Assembly: GCA_014584315.1 (NCBI GenBank)
Contig: JACTNA010000016.1
Span: 19,566-83,565, forward strand
Source of the DNA: Planctomycetota bacterium
GTDB taxonomy: Bacteria; Planctomycetota; Phycisphaerae; Phycisphaerales; UBA1924
Direction of reading: 5' to 3'
DNA length: 64,000 bases
Of the stretch, positions 1-8,879 are shown one piece after another. The position numbers were made by a program, and so were the translations under genes. Each line of letters starts with the position of its first letter. Position 1 is the stretch's first letter. The notes under the pieces were generated by a model that ran no database searches, had not been told where the DNA came from, and was given only the letters and a program-made list of their open reading frames with translations.

Positions 1-3000
1 ACGAGGCGGCCGTCGTCGGCGGGGTCGTAGCCGGGGGGGGCGTTGGGCGGCGCGCCGCTGGAGCCGTCGCGGAAGTTGAGGAGGTTGGTGGGCACGCCGG
101 TGAAATCGCGCGGGTAGACGGCGAGGCGGTCGCGGTAGGCATAAAGGGTGGCGGCGACGTCGGAGGTCTCGTCGTGGCCGCTGCCCATCCACCACCACGA
201 CGATCCGCCGGCGGGGTCGGGCACGGCGGGGCTGAACATCGGGATCGCGCGGAGGACGGCCAAGGGAGCGGTGTTGACGTTGATGACGCCGAAGGTGCCG
301 ATGCTCGTCGAGCCGAATCGGCGGGGCATGGTGGTGAATCGGTCGAGGATGGTCATCGCCATCGGGACGCCGAGGCCCCAACGCTGGTCGGTGGTCGCGT
401 CGAAGAGGCCGTCGTCGTTGGCGTCGAAGAAGGGGACGAAGTCGTCGAGGACGAGTTGGGCGGCTTCGAGGGCGGGGCCGACCGCGATGCCGGCACCGGA
501 CTGGAAGGCGTTGTGGTAAAGATCGCCGGCGGGAGGGTTCTCGTAGTAGAGCGCGATCGCGACGGCCTCGGAGAGCGTGGTCCACTGTTCCTGCTCGTCG
601 GCGAGGGCGGGGTCGAAGGTGGGGCCGATGCCGAGGGGAAGCAGGAAGTCGGCGATGCGCATGCGCGAGACGCCGTTCGAATCCTCGAAGCGCTCGTTGT
701 CCAGGCTCGGAACCGCGTACAGGGGCGTCTCCCCGGGCTGCGAGCCGTCGAGGGTGCGGCCTGCGATGTTGGCGCCGATGAACTGGCCGCTCTTGTCGTC
801 CGGTCCCTGCCCGATGGTCGGGAGGACGGCCTGCCCCGCGGGTCCCGCCTGCTTGTTGAGGAGGCCGTCGAGAGTCTGGTCGGCCTTGGTGCCGGTGAAG
901 TCGCCGATGGTCAGTCGCGAGCCGGTGCCGTCGGTCTGGGTGGCGTTCTGGAGCGTGCCCTGCCACTTGGACTCGATGCAGTAGGCGGGGATGACGCTTC
1001 GGGGGGGGTCGGAAGTCGCGCCGCCGCGGGGGTCGTCCTTGCGCCGGATGGAGGCGTGGCGGGTGATGGAGAGGCCGCTGTTGTCGGGGCTTGCGGCGGG
1101 GTCGGGCGGCTCGGGGCCGCGCTGCGCGCTGGAGACGCCGCCCTGCTGGCCCGGCCCGTGTCCGGTGAGTTGGCGGTCGAGTGTGACGCCGCCCGGCGCC
1201 GGGTCGCGGAGACGATCGACGAGCACGCGAAGCGGCGCGGCGCTCGCCGTGCGCCAAAGCCGGAGGACACGGCGGCTCTCGTCCGTGCCGTTCTGGAGGT
1301 TGCGGAACGCGTTGCTGGTGTCGACGGTGCCGTTGCTGATGTCGGCGGGAGGGACGCGGATGGCGCTCGCGCCGAGTTGTGTGTCGAGCCAGTCCTGAAC
1401 GGTGGCTTCCTCGGTCGGGACGGGATTGCCGGTGATGTTGGCGATACGGGTTGCGATCTCGGTGATGCCGTTGCTGAGGCTGTAGAAGACCTGCGTCTCT
1501 CGCGGGTTGATGGTGACGCTCGTCGCGCCGCCGCCGAACGCGCCGCTGACGAGTTTGTAGTAGTCGTCGCCGTATTGGACATAGAAGGAGCCGCCGGACT
1601 CGGGCAGTGTGACCGCACGGTCGAAGGGGTTATGGACCTGGAAGGCGATGACTTCAAAGAGGAAGTCGGGGTTGCTCTCCTGCACGCGGCCATCGATGGA
1701 TGGATCGCGTGCGTAGACCTTGATCTGGCCGGTGCCGTCGCCGATGGTGCGCTCGCCGGTGTCGTCATCGCCGCCGAGCGCCCGTGGCGTGTCGGTGTAG
1801 ACGGCGAAGGAGGCGGCCTCGGTGAGGAAGGGCTGGGCCTCGATGCCGAAGACGTTGATCGCCTGCGAACTGACCGGCTCGCCCTGCGCGAGGCGCGAGT
1901 CGCCAAGGTCCAGCATTCCTTGTGCGTAGTTGCCGCTGACGTCGTCGATGATCTGCTGGCGGATGCCGGCATCGACGAGCAGGGTGCGCACCGAGGGCGT
2001 GTCGTCGTCGTCGTAGGCGTCGGCCTTGTTGACGGCCATGTGGGCGGCGATGCGGAGGGCGAGTTCCGGGCCGCGGTGGGCGTAGAAGAGGGTCGAGTAG
2101 CCGGAAGTTCCGGACCAGGCGGCGGAGAGGTGGGAGTACGGGAGGAGGGCGTCGGCGTAGTGCTGGAAGAGGGCGCCGACGACGGGGACGCCGCCGGGGA
2201 AGAGGTCTTCGGCGGCGGCACGGAGGTCGGTGGTGGTGATGGGTGTGTTCGGCGTGACGCCGAGGCGAGACATGATCGGGCGGGCCGCACTGATCGTGGT
2301 GATTCGGCGGCGCGGGTCGATCGAGGCGTGGACGAGGGCGTCGTCGTCGAGGAAGCCGTTGGGGCCGTCGTTGACGGCGTCGTTGTCGATGCCGCCGCGT
2401 TCGAGGGCGAGGGGTCGGTTGTCGCGCAGCGGGCTGTAGGGCTGTCCGCCGCTGAGGAAGCGGCCGCCGATGGCGGATTCGAGGCGCGAGCGCGTGGCGG
2501 GGTCGTTCACGCCGTTGTAGACGAGCAGTTCGTAGAGGTCGGCGAGGTTGAAGGGAGCGGCGATGGTGTGCATGGCGCCGGAGTCCTGCCCGGCGGCGTC
2601 GATGCCGAGGCCGGCGAAGTCGCGGTAGTACTCGGTGCGCGTGATGCCCCAGCCGGGCGTGCCGTTCCAGTTCGCGGGAGGGACGAGGCCGGCGAAGAGG
2701 GACTGGCGAAGGGCGTTGTAGCCGGAGCGGCCCATGTCGTACATGAAGACCGGGTCGTCGATGGAGGAGTAGTCGCCCGGCTGATTGGACTGCTTGGGTT
2801 GCTCGAGGCGGTCATAGGTGAGTTCGGAGCCGTAGTTCAGCGCGGCGTTCTCCATCGTGAGGAAGGCGAAGAGGTCGGCGTCCGATGGCGATGCGCCGAG
2901 CATGTTGGAGCGCGAGGGGGCGTCGGTGAGGTCGGTCGCGACGTTGACGTTGACGCGGCCGGAGAGGTCGATGGCGCGGGCGGCGATGAAGTAGCGGTAG

Positions 3001-3992
3001 CGGCGGTCGTTGAGGAACGAGCGCCAGAGTTCGGGCGTGTTCGGGTTGCGGGCCTCGACGAGCTCGAACCAGCGCGAGTCGAGGATGCCGTCGCCGTCGG
3101 CGTCGGCCCACTGGTAAAGTGGGAACCAGGCGTTGCTGAAGTTCTGGTGGGCGCCCGTCGGGTGACGCGGGACGCGGAATGCGGCGCGCTGGCGTGCGGT
3201 CCACTCGGCGGGGCGGTGGTTGAGCGAGTCGCTGGTCTGGGCCGTTCCGCCGAAGTCGAGAGCGTCCGTAGGGTTGGAGTTGGTCCCACCGTCCCAGAGG
3301 CGCAGGTCGCGGCGCATCTCCCAGGGCGTGGCCGCGAAGTTGCCGCCGGTGCGTCGGAGATTGAAGAGGTTGACGAAGGCGCCGTCCGGGGCGAAGTTCG
3401 AGATATGCGCCCAATCGACCTGTCGCTGGTACTCCTCGGTGGCGGCGTAGGTGTCGGCGTCGAAGTTGAGGAAGGTCGGTTCGCCGGCGGCGAGCCAGGG
3501 GTCGGTGCCGGAGCCGACGACGACGCCTCCGCTGAGCGTGATGAGGCCGGTCGGCGAAAAGCCCTGCGTGGTGATGGCCTCCATCGCGCCCGTGTTGGGG
3601 TTGGTGACGAAGTACGGCGAGGAGGGGTAGTCCCACGCTTCGCGGCGTTGGAGGGGCGCGCCGTTCTCGGCGTACTCGCCGGCGAAGAAAGTCGAGAAAA
3701 CGTCGCCCGCGATGACGCCCGCGATGTAGTCGCGGACCTGCTCGGGGACGGAGTGGCGTTCGTCGTTCTTGACGACGGCCGCGCTGATCTGGCGGTCGGA
3801 GCGCCCGATGGCGGCGTAAAGGATGGTGACGACGGCGAGCAGCGCGAGGACGCCGACGACCATGATGAGGAAGGAGCCTCGGCGCGACGGCCCCGCGCCT
3901 GCGGGCAGGCCGCTGATCGCCCTGAGCAGGCGTGCGAGCGAACGCCGACCCCCGCGGGAACGCTTCGTGCGGTTGTGCAGGTCGGTTGTCAT
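1..3992 (-). CDS. Giant GspK-like minor pseudopilin / secretion-pilus tip protein, 3' end cut by window edge (>1330 aa)
   Basis: Hand translation of the minus strand from ATG at 3990-3992 (GGGAG SD about 8 nt upstream) stays open to position 3. It reads MTTDLHNRTKRS...SFLIMVVGVLALLAVVTILYAAIG (N-terminal TM helix), YQWADADGDGILDSRWFEL (GspK-type acidic motif, about 3061-3118) and FGVINVNTAPLAVLRAIP (GspK/HhH-type motif, about 241-292). It is absent from the ORF track because no stop lies in the window. The + ORF 174..4109 is its antisense shadow. Confidence 0.8.
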   Translation of the reverse strand, partial: MTTDLHNRTKRSRGGRRSLARLLRAISGLPAGAGPSRRGSFLIMVVGVLALLAVVTILYAAIGRSDRQISAAVVKNDERHSVPEQVRDYIAGVIAGDVFSTFFAGEYAENGAPLQRREAWDYPSSPYFVTNPNTGAMEAITTQGFSPTGLITLSGGVVVGSGTDPWLAAGEPTFLNFDADTYAATEEYQRQVDWAHISNFAPDGAFVNLFNLRRTGGNFAATPWEMRRDLRLWDGGTNSNPTDALDFGGTAQTSDSLNHRPAEWTARQRAAFRVPRHPTGAHQNFSNAWFPLYQWADADGDGILDSRWFELVEARNPNTPELWRSFLNDRRYRYFIAARAIDLSGRVNVNVATDLTDAPSRSNMLGASPSDADLFAFLTMENAALNYGSELTYDRLEQPKQSNQPGDYSSIDDPVFMYDMGRSGYNALRQSLFAGLVPPANWNGTPGWGITRTEYYRDFAGLGIDAAGQDSGAMHTIAAPFNLADLYELLVYNGVNDPATRSRLESAIGGRFLSGGQPYSPLRDNRPLALERGGIDNDAVNDGPNGFLDDDALVHASIDPRRRITTISAARPIMSRLGVTPNTPITTTDLRAAAEDLFPGGVPVVGALFQHYADALLPYSHLSAAWSGTSGYSTLFYAHRGPELALRIAAHMAVNKADAYDDDDTPSVRTLLVDAGIRQQIIDDVSGNYAQGMLDLGDSRLAQGEPVSSQAINVFGIEAQPFLTEAASFAVYTDTPRALGGDDDTGERTIGDGTGQIKVYARDPSIDGRVQESNPDFLFEVIAFQVHNPFDRAVTLPESGGSFYVQYGDDYYKLVSGAFGGGATSVTINPRETQVFYSLSNGITEIATRIANITGNPVPTEEATVQDWLDTQLGASAIRVPPADISNGTVDTSNAFRNLQNGTDESRRVLRLWRTASAAPLRVLVDRLRDPAPGGVTLDRQLTGHGPGQQGGVSSAQRGPEPPDPAASPDNSGLSITRHASIRRKDDPRGGATSDPPRSVIPAYCIESKWQGTLQNATQTDGTGSRLTIGDFTGTKADQTLDGLLNKQAGPAGQAVLPTIGQGPDDKSGQFIGANIAGRTLDGSQPGETPLYAVPSLDNERFEDSNGVSRMRIADFLLPLGIGPTFDPALADEQEQWTTLSEAVAIALYYENPPAGDLYHNAFQSGAGIAVGPALEAAQLVLDDFVPFFDANDDGLFDATTDQRWGLGVPMAMTILDRFTTMPRRFGSTSIGTFGVINVNTAPLAVLRAIPMFSPAVPDPAGGSSWWWMGSGHDETSDVAATLYAYRDRLAVYPRDFTGVPTNLLNFRDGSSGAPPNAPPGYDPADDGRL

Positions 3993-4020
3993 CGGGAGTC
4001 TCCCGCCGCGTGGTCGCGGC

Positions 4021-5727
4021 TCAGAACGAGCGCCGCTCGGGCACTTCGAAGACGAACTGGTACGACTGCTCGACCGACGGGTCCTGCGCATCGGCGAGCG
4101 AGAGCGTGATGCGGATGAGTGTGGGCCATGCCCAGGGGATGGTCGGCGGTTCGTTGGCGGCGGCGGGCTGCCAGGTCGGGTCGAAGTAGCCGAAGTGGGC
4201 GTACTGCTCGACGGGGTACTGGCCGCCGCTCGGGATGGTGGCGTCGTAGATGGTGTTCGGGTACAGCTGGTAACTGCCCGTTGTGCCGTCGAGGCGGCGA
4301 TAGACGGTCGAATAGTCTCGTGGTGCGCCCGTGGCGGGATCGGTGGGGTAGGGCGCTGCGACGCGGTACTCGCGGCCGTCGTTGAAGGGGCCGTTGCTGG
4401 TGTTGGGGTCGCCGTCGGCGTCGACGAAACGTTCGAGGCCGTGCCAGATGAGTTCGCCGTGCCGGGGGCTGGTGTCGTCGTTGACGGTCTGGCCGAAGGA
4501 GAACTCGACGATGAACTCGGTGCAGCGGGGGACGAAGCCGTGGGCCGTGACGGCGCGCTGGTCGGCGAGTCGATAGGCGAGCACTTCCGGCGTCCAGCCC
4601 TGCTGGCCGGCGAGGGCGACGGTGTCGACGTACGCGGGCATGGAAGGCTCGACGCGGATGCGGTGGCCGCCCGCGGAGCCGGCGAACGAGTGGGACGGGA
4701 ACAACTCGCGGAGCCACGCGTGAACAAACTTGCGGTCGCCGAGGAGTGGATTGCCCGTCGGCGGCGATGCCTGGAATGAGCCGTCCAATGCGGCACCGGT
4801 GGCCGGGTCGAAGTCCGCGGGCGATGAGTTGAAGGGGAGGATGTCGGCGTCGCAGATGATCGTGCGGACTTCGGCAGGGTCGGTGGTGGCGATATCGACG
4901 ATGCCCGAGGCGAAGAGCGGGAGCAGGCCTTCGGCGTTGTTGCGGATGCGCGGGATGCTGGGCGAGTCGAACTGGGCGAGATGGCGGAAGAGGCTCGACG
5001 CCGCGGGCTGGGCGGCGATCTGGATGTCGCTGTCGAGCCACCGGGCGGGGGCGAGGCCGAACGGGTCCGGATTCGGCGGCCCTTGCTCCGCGCCGGTCGG
5101 CTGGATGAGCAGCGTGACGTGGCGGGCGAGCATCCACTCGGCGGCGAACTCGTTCGGTCCGTTGCGCGCGCCCAGCCGCCAGCGGTCGGCCGGATCGCCG
5201 GGGAAGCCGTGGTCGGTTTCGGGCGTGACGAAGGCGTTGATCTCCGACTGCGAGCCGTCGGCGTCGTAGCGGGCGCCGTGCCCGATGTAGATGCGGGCGT
5301 GGTCGCCCTTGGGGGAGCGCACCGGGTGCAGAGCGTCGCGGACGGAGGTGAACCGGCCGCGGGCGAGGAAGACGATCTCGTCGGCGCGGCGTGGGCGCGG
5401 GTTGAGGTCGGCGGGGTGGAGCGGGACCGAGTCGCCGGCGAGCGTGAGGTTGCCGTTGGCGTTCACGTCCACGTAGGCATGGCGGATGACGAGGAATCCG
5501 TCGCGGCTCATGGCGCGGAAGTCCTCGCGGAGTTGCTGCTCGATCTGGGCGGCGGCCTGGTTGAGGAGGCTGACGCGGCGGCCGCCGGTGACGGTGCGTC
5601 CGACGGACTCGAAGACCGCGGCGATGCCGACGGCGATGAGCGCGATCGCGCCGATGGCGACGAGGAGTTCGATGAGCGTAAAGCCGCGGCGGTCGCGATC
5701 GGCCCGGTTGTGCATGGCTCGCTCCAT
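4021..5727 (-). CDS. Oversized minor pseudopilin (prepilin-type N-terminal cleavage/methylation domain), 568 aa
   Basis: Internal ATG (5725-5727) of listed ORF 4021..6486. MERAMHNRADRDRRGFTLIELLVAIGAIALIAVGIAAVF is a G/FTLIEL prepilin motif plus hydrophobic helix. The 253 upstream codons of the listed ORF are Arg/Pro-rich and overlap the next gene. Confidence 0.85.
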   Translation of the reverse strand: MERAMHNRADRDRRGFTLIELLVAIGAIALIAVGIAAVFESVGRTVTGGRRVSLLNQAAAQIEQQLREDFRAMSRDGFLVIRHAYVDVNANGNLTLAGDSVPLHPADLNPRPRRADEIVFLARGRFTSVRDALHPVRSPKGDHARIYIGHGARYDADGSQSEINAFVTPETDHGFPGDPADRWRLGARNGPNEFAAEWMLARHVTLLIQPTGAEQGPPNPDPFGLAPARWLDSDIQIAAQPAASSLFRHLAQFDSPSIPRIRNNAEGLLPLFASGIVDIATTDPAEVRTIICDADILPFNSSPADFDPATGAALDGSFQASPPTGNPLLGDRKFVHAWLRELFPSHSFAGSAGGHRIRVEPSMPAYVDTVALAGQQGWTPEVLAYRLADQRAVTAHGFVPRCTEFIVEFSFGQTVNDDTSPRHGELIWHGLERFVDADGDPNTSNGPFNDGREYRVAAPYPTDPATGAPRDYSTVYRRLDGTTGSYQLYPNTIYDATIPSGGQYPVEQYAHFGYFDPTWQPAAANEPPTIPWAWPTLIRITLSLADAQDPSVEQSYQFVFEVPERRSF

Positions 5728-5735
5728 CACGCTCC

Positions 5736-6809
5736 TCACGGTTCGATCACGAACACGACGGGGTCCACGGGGGGGGCCTGGGGGACGAAGGTGATCGGGC
5801 TGAGGTCGGCCGGGGTGATCTCGCCGTCGCCGTCGAGGTCCAGAAGGACCGCGGGCACGGGCGGGTCGATGCGGATCGCCATCGGCAGCGTCGGGTTGAC
5901 GACGGTGGCGGAGACGACGCGGTAGACGTTGCCCTGAACATCCACGAACCGCTGGCCGGTCTTGCCCAGCATCTGCTCGTACTGACGGCGCTGCTGAGCG
6001 GGCATGGTGTCGCTCAGCGCGATCAGGTTTCGCTCGGTCTGCCCGACGCCGGGGTCGAGGAAGTCGGGGAAAAGTTCGGCGACGACGGGTTTGGAGTAGT
6101 TGCGGCGTCCGAGTTCGTTGAGGCCGTTGTTGGAGGGCGTGCCGTCGCGGCGTGCGCCGACGGGGGCGCGGCGATTGGGTTCCTTGAGCGAGTCGTCGGT
6201 GAGCGTGCGCGCGAGGGAGATGCGTCCAGCGCCCGGCTGCACGGGGAGGCGGATGCCCGGGTCGATGCGTCGGAGGAAGACCGCGACCATGAGGGCGTCG
6301 TCGGTCGGATCGTTGGGGTCGCCGCGCGGGATGCGCTTGCCGACGAAGTCCCAGACGAAACGGGGATCGACACCCTCGGTGTGGGGCGCGGGAAAGAGGC
6401 GCGAGCCGACGAAGATCTCGACGGCGCCGGAGCCGGTGCCGAGGGTGATCGTGCCGGTGGTGGCGTCGATGGGCGGCGGATTCCAACCTGCCCAGTCGCC
6501 CCAGGGGCCGTTGTAGGGGAGGCCGTTCTGCTGCGTGACGTTGGCGATCCAGTTGATCCAGCCGCCGACATACTCGTTGGAGTTGGTGTCGAAGCGGAGG
6601 AGGTCCGTTCTGGCGGTGAGTTCGGATTTGATGGAGTTCATCGCGCCAAGGCCGAGGGTGGTGTCCGAGGCGATGCGCTGCTCCCGGACGACGACGGGAA
6701 AGACCGCGCCGAGACCGAGCAGGCCGAGCGCGAGCACGAAGACGGCGATGAGCACCTCGACGAGCGAGAAGCCGAGCGCGGCGGATCGGATGGCGGTCGG
6801 TCGTTTCAC
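5736..6809 (-). CDS. Minor pseudopilin (prepilin-type N-terminal domain), 357 aa
   Basis: GTG start. MKRPTAIRSAALGFSLVEVLIAVFVLALGLLGLGAVF. GTGA start/stop overlap with the upstream gene at 6806-6809. Confidence 0.85.
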   Translation of the reverse strand: MKRPTAIRSAALGFSLVEVLIAVFVLALGLLGLGAVFPVVVREQRIASDTTLGLGAMNSIKSELTARTDLLRFDTNSNEYVGGWINWIANVTQQNGLPYNGPWGDWAGWNPPPIDATTGTITLGTGSGAVEIFVGSRLFPAPHTEGVDPRFVWDFVGKRIPRGDPNDPTDDALMVAVFLRRIDPGIRLPVQPGAGRISLARTLTDDSLKEPNRRAPVGARRDGTPSNNGLNELGRRNYSKPVVAELFPDFLDPGVGQTERNLIALSDTMPAQQRRQYEQMLGKTGQRFVDVQGNVYRVVSATVVNPTLPMAIRIDPPVPAVLLDLDGDGEITPADLSPITFVPQAPPVDPVVFVIEP

Positions 6810-7885
6810 CGGTCGGCTCCCCCGCCGGGAACCGGCGCGAGGGCGACTTCCTGCAGGCCGCCGCCGTAGCGCTGCACGACGAACGAACGGGCGAGGGCCT
6901 GGTCGTCGGCGGTCCAGACGCCGTCCTTGTTGGAATCGCCCTCGAGCCAGGCGTTGAGTTCTTCGGGCTCGACGAGGAATCCGGGCTGTCGGACGTACTC
7001 GGGCGTCTGCTTGTCGCGATAGAGCGAGCCGGTGAAGCGATCGGGCTGGAGGCGGAAGGTCGCGGCGAGTTCGCGTTCCTTGTAGAGGACGAGTTGCGGG
7101 ACGGTGCGGGCGAGGACGGTGTCGGAGGCCATATCGCCGAGCAGGCGCGTCACGTCGAGGCTCGGGGAGATCCGCTGGCGCTCGAGCAGGCCGCGCACGG
7201 TGGCGCGCGGGTCCTGCGCCGCGAGGAAGTTGTGGCTCTTGAACGGCTCGGCGTTGCGGAAGGCGGTGGAGGGCGAGGGCGCGAGGATGAGCGCCTCGCG
7301 TGTTTCGCCGAGCGCGAGCGCGCCGGTGCCTTGGCGGAAGCGGACCATGAACGTCTGGCGTTTACGACCTTCGTTGCTCTTGGTGGGATCGAAGAATGCG
7401 GTCTCGGGGAAGACCCAGTTCCGGTCGTCGTCGGCGTATCGGTCGCGGTGTCCGTTGTCGCGGTCGTACCACGGGCTGTCCGAGTTGGACTGCCCCGCGG
7501 CGCGAGGGGGCGCCAGCGCACGCACCATCCACCCCTGGGGGAGGCTGACCGGTTCGAGTTCGCGGACCGGGACGAACACGTCGCGCGGCACGGGCGTGCC
7601 GTCGCTCTCGTCGGGGATCGTGCCGACCATCTCGTACGCGGCGGCGTAGCAGCGTCCGCCCGGCTCGAAGAAGAAGACGACCGCGCCGTCGCCGTGATCG
7701 GAGCGGAGCGCGGCCTCGCGTCCGAGCGCAATGGCGACGCGCAGGCGCGTCTCGGCGAGCGAGCGGTTGGACGAATCCAGCAGCGCGCTGAAGGCGGGGA
7801 TGGAAATCGAGAGAAGCAGGACGATCACCGCCATGACGATGATGAGTTCGGTGAGGGTGAAGGAACGCTCAGGGCGGCGTGTCAT
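6806..7885 (-). CDS. Minor pseudopilin (prepilin-type N-terminal domain), 359 aa
   Basis: MTRRPERSFTLTELIIVMAVIVLLLSISIPAF. ATGA overlap with the upstream gene at 7882-7885. Confidence 0.85.
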   Translation of the reverse strand: MTRRPERSFTLTELIIVMAVIVLLLSISIPAFSALLDSSNRSLAETRLRVAIALGREAALRSDHGDGAVVFFFEPGGRCYAAAYEMVGTIPDESDGTPVPRDVFVPVRELEPVSLPQGWMVRALAPPRAAGQSNSDSPWYDRDNGHRDRYADDDRNWVFPETAFFDPTKSNEGRKRQTFMVRFRQGTGALALGETREALILAPSPSTAFRNAEPFKSHNFLAAQDPRATVRGLLERQRISPSLDVTRLLGDMASDTVLARTVPQLVLYKERELAATFRLQPDRFTGSLYRDKQTPEYVRQPGFLVEPEELNAWLEGDSNKDGVWTADDQALARSFVVQRYGGGLQEVALAPVPGGGADR

Positions 7886-8835
7886 TTGCTCACCTCCGCG
7901 ACGTTGTCGGCGCGCCCGGCCGTCTCGCGCTCCAGGTCGGTCCGGAAGGCGCGGCCGAGCGCCTGCTCGATGGCGTCGCCGGTTTCGGTCGGGATGTCCC
8001 CGAAGACGCGGTTCGGGCCGGCGGAGACGATGGCGTAGGCCGCGTTGCGGAACTCGGGGTTCGACAGGGCCGGCTCGTCATCGTCGGGCGCATCGTTCTC
8101 GGGCGCCCCGAGGATCTTGGGGACGTTGAGATCACGCAGTTCAACGATCTGGCCCATCTGCGAGCCGCTCGCGCGGCCCTGCTCCCATCGGTAGTAGCGG
8201 TACGGCGTGCCGAAGCGATCGACGAGCGAGACGCGACCCGCGGCGAGGTCCTCGGCGACGACGGTGCCCGCGCGTCCCGGGTCGTAGAGCGGCTGGGTGC
8301 GCTTGGAACTGCGGCGGATGAAGGAGCCGTCGGCGCGTGGGGCGGCGAATCCGGGGCCGACGACGCCGTCGGTCTCATCGCCGAGCGAGCCGAGGAGGTA
8401 GTAGGCGAGCGAGTATTCCGAGAATCGGTAGTCGCCGCTGCCGGCGGCGGTGCTGGAGGAGTCGATGCCGTCGCCGCGGAGATAGGCCATGTCGGCTTGG
8501 ATGGCGCGGTTGTAGACGCGTGGGTTGAACTTGCCGGGTTCGTCGGCATCGTCGGCGAGTGGGTCCTGCGAGTTGGGGAAGCCCGGGTAACGGGCGACGT
8601 TGCCGTCCTTGACGAGCGCGGGAAGGAAGCCGAAATCGGACCGGAACTGCTCGACGGCGATGCGGATGCCCACGACGTCCTGCTGCGAGGCGGTGGTCCG
8701 GGCGGTCTTCTGGACGTGGTTGAAGCCGACGAGGAGCAGGCCGATGAGGAGCGCGATGACGAGGAGCGTCACCAGCAGTTCCATGAGCGTGAAGCCGCGG
8801 CTTCGTGAGGTCTGGATGTGCGGGCCGTGGATCAC
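7882..8835 (-). CDS. GspG-like major pseudopilin, expanded (317 aa)
   Basis: GTG start with an AAGGA SD. SRGFTLMELLVTLLVIALLIGLLLVGF prepilin motif. C-terminal LVDRFGTPYRYY and YAIVSAGPNRVFGD resemble the GspG signature (DPWG.PY.Y ... S.G.DG..G). Confidence 0.8.
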   Translation of the reverse strand: MIHGPHIQTSRSRGFTLMELLVTLLVIALLIGLLLVGFNHVQKTARTTASQQDVVGIRIAVEQFRSDFGFLPALVKDGNVARYPGFPNSQDPLADDADEPGKFNPRVYNRAIQADMAYLRGDGIDSSSTAAGSGDYRFSEYSLAYYLLGSLGDETDGVVGPGFAAPRADGSFIRRSSKRTQPLYDPGRAGTVVAEDLAAGRVSLVDRFGTPYRYYRWEQGRASGSQMGQIVELRDLNVPKILGAPENDAPDDDEPALSNPEFRNAAYAIVSAGPNRVFGDIPTETGDAIEQALGRAFRTDLERETAGRADNVAEVSK

Positions 8836-8879
8836 GGTGGTTCCTTCCGCCGGGCGTCGCCGGCGCGAGGTGTTCGTGG

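Noticed and set aside
33-40. Homopolymer tracts (G8 at 33-40 and 1001-1008 inside the GspK-like gene; C9 at 53270-53278 inside the 273-aa secreted protein) as possible phase-variation switches
   Set aside because: With G and C each near 35%, a crude estimate (0.35^8 x 64000 x 2) predicts tens of 8-mers by chance. All three tracts simply encode Pro-Pro-Pro. I see no evidence of length heterogeneity, although it could be checked in read data.
174-4109. 1311-aa + strand ORF, the longest ORF in the left part of the track
   Set aside because: Its Gly/Val/Asp/Glu/Arg-rich composition is typical of the antisense frame of a high-GC gene. It carries no motifs. The minus frame gives a coherent GspK-like protein with an RBS at 3992.
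5728-6486. N-terminal extensions of many listed ORFs (e.g. 4021..6486, 23946..25397, 35093..38224, 38538..39446, 54257..56461, 55147..58212, 58017..61046, 61547..63454)
   Set aside because: The extensions are Arg/Pro/Ser-rich, overlap the upstream gene, and are followed by an internal ATG with an SD and a signal peptide or family N-terminus. Several of these ATGs form ATGA overlaps with the upstream stop.
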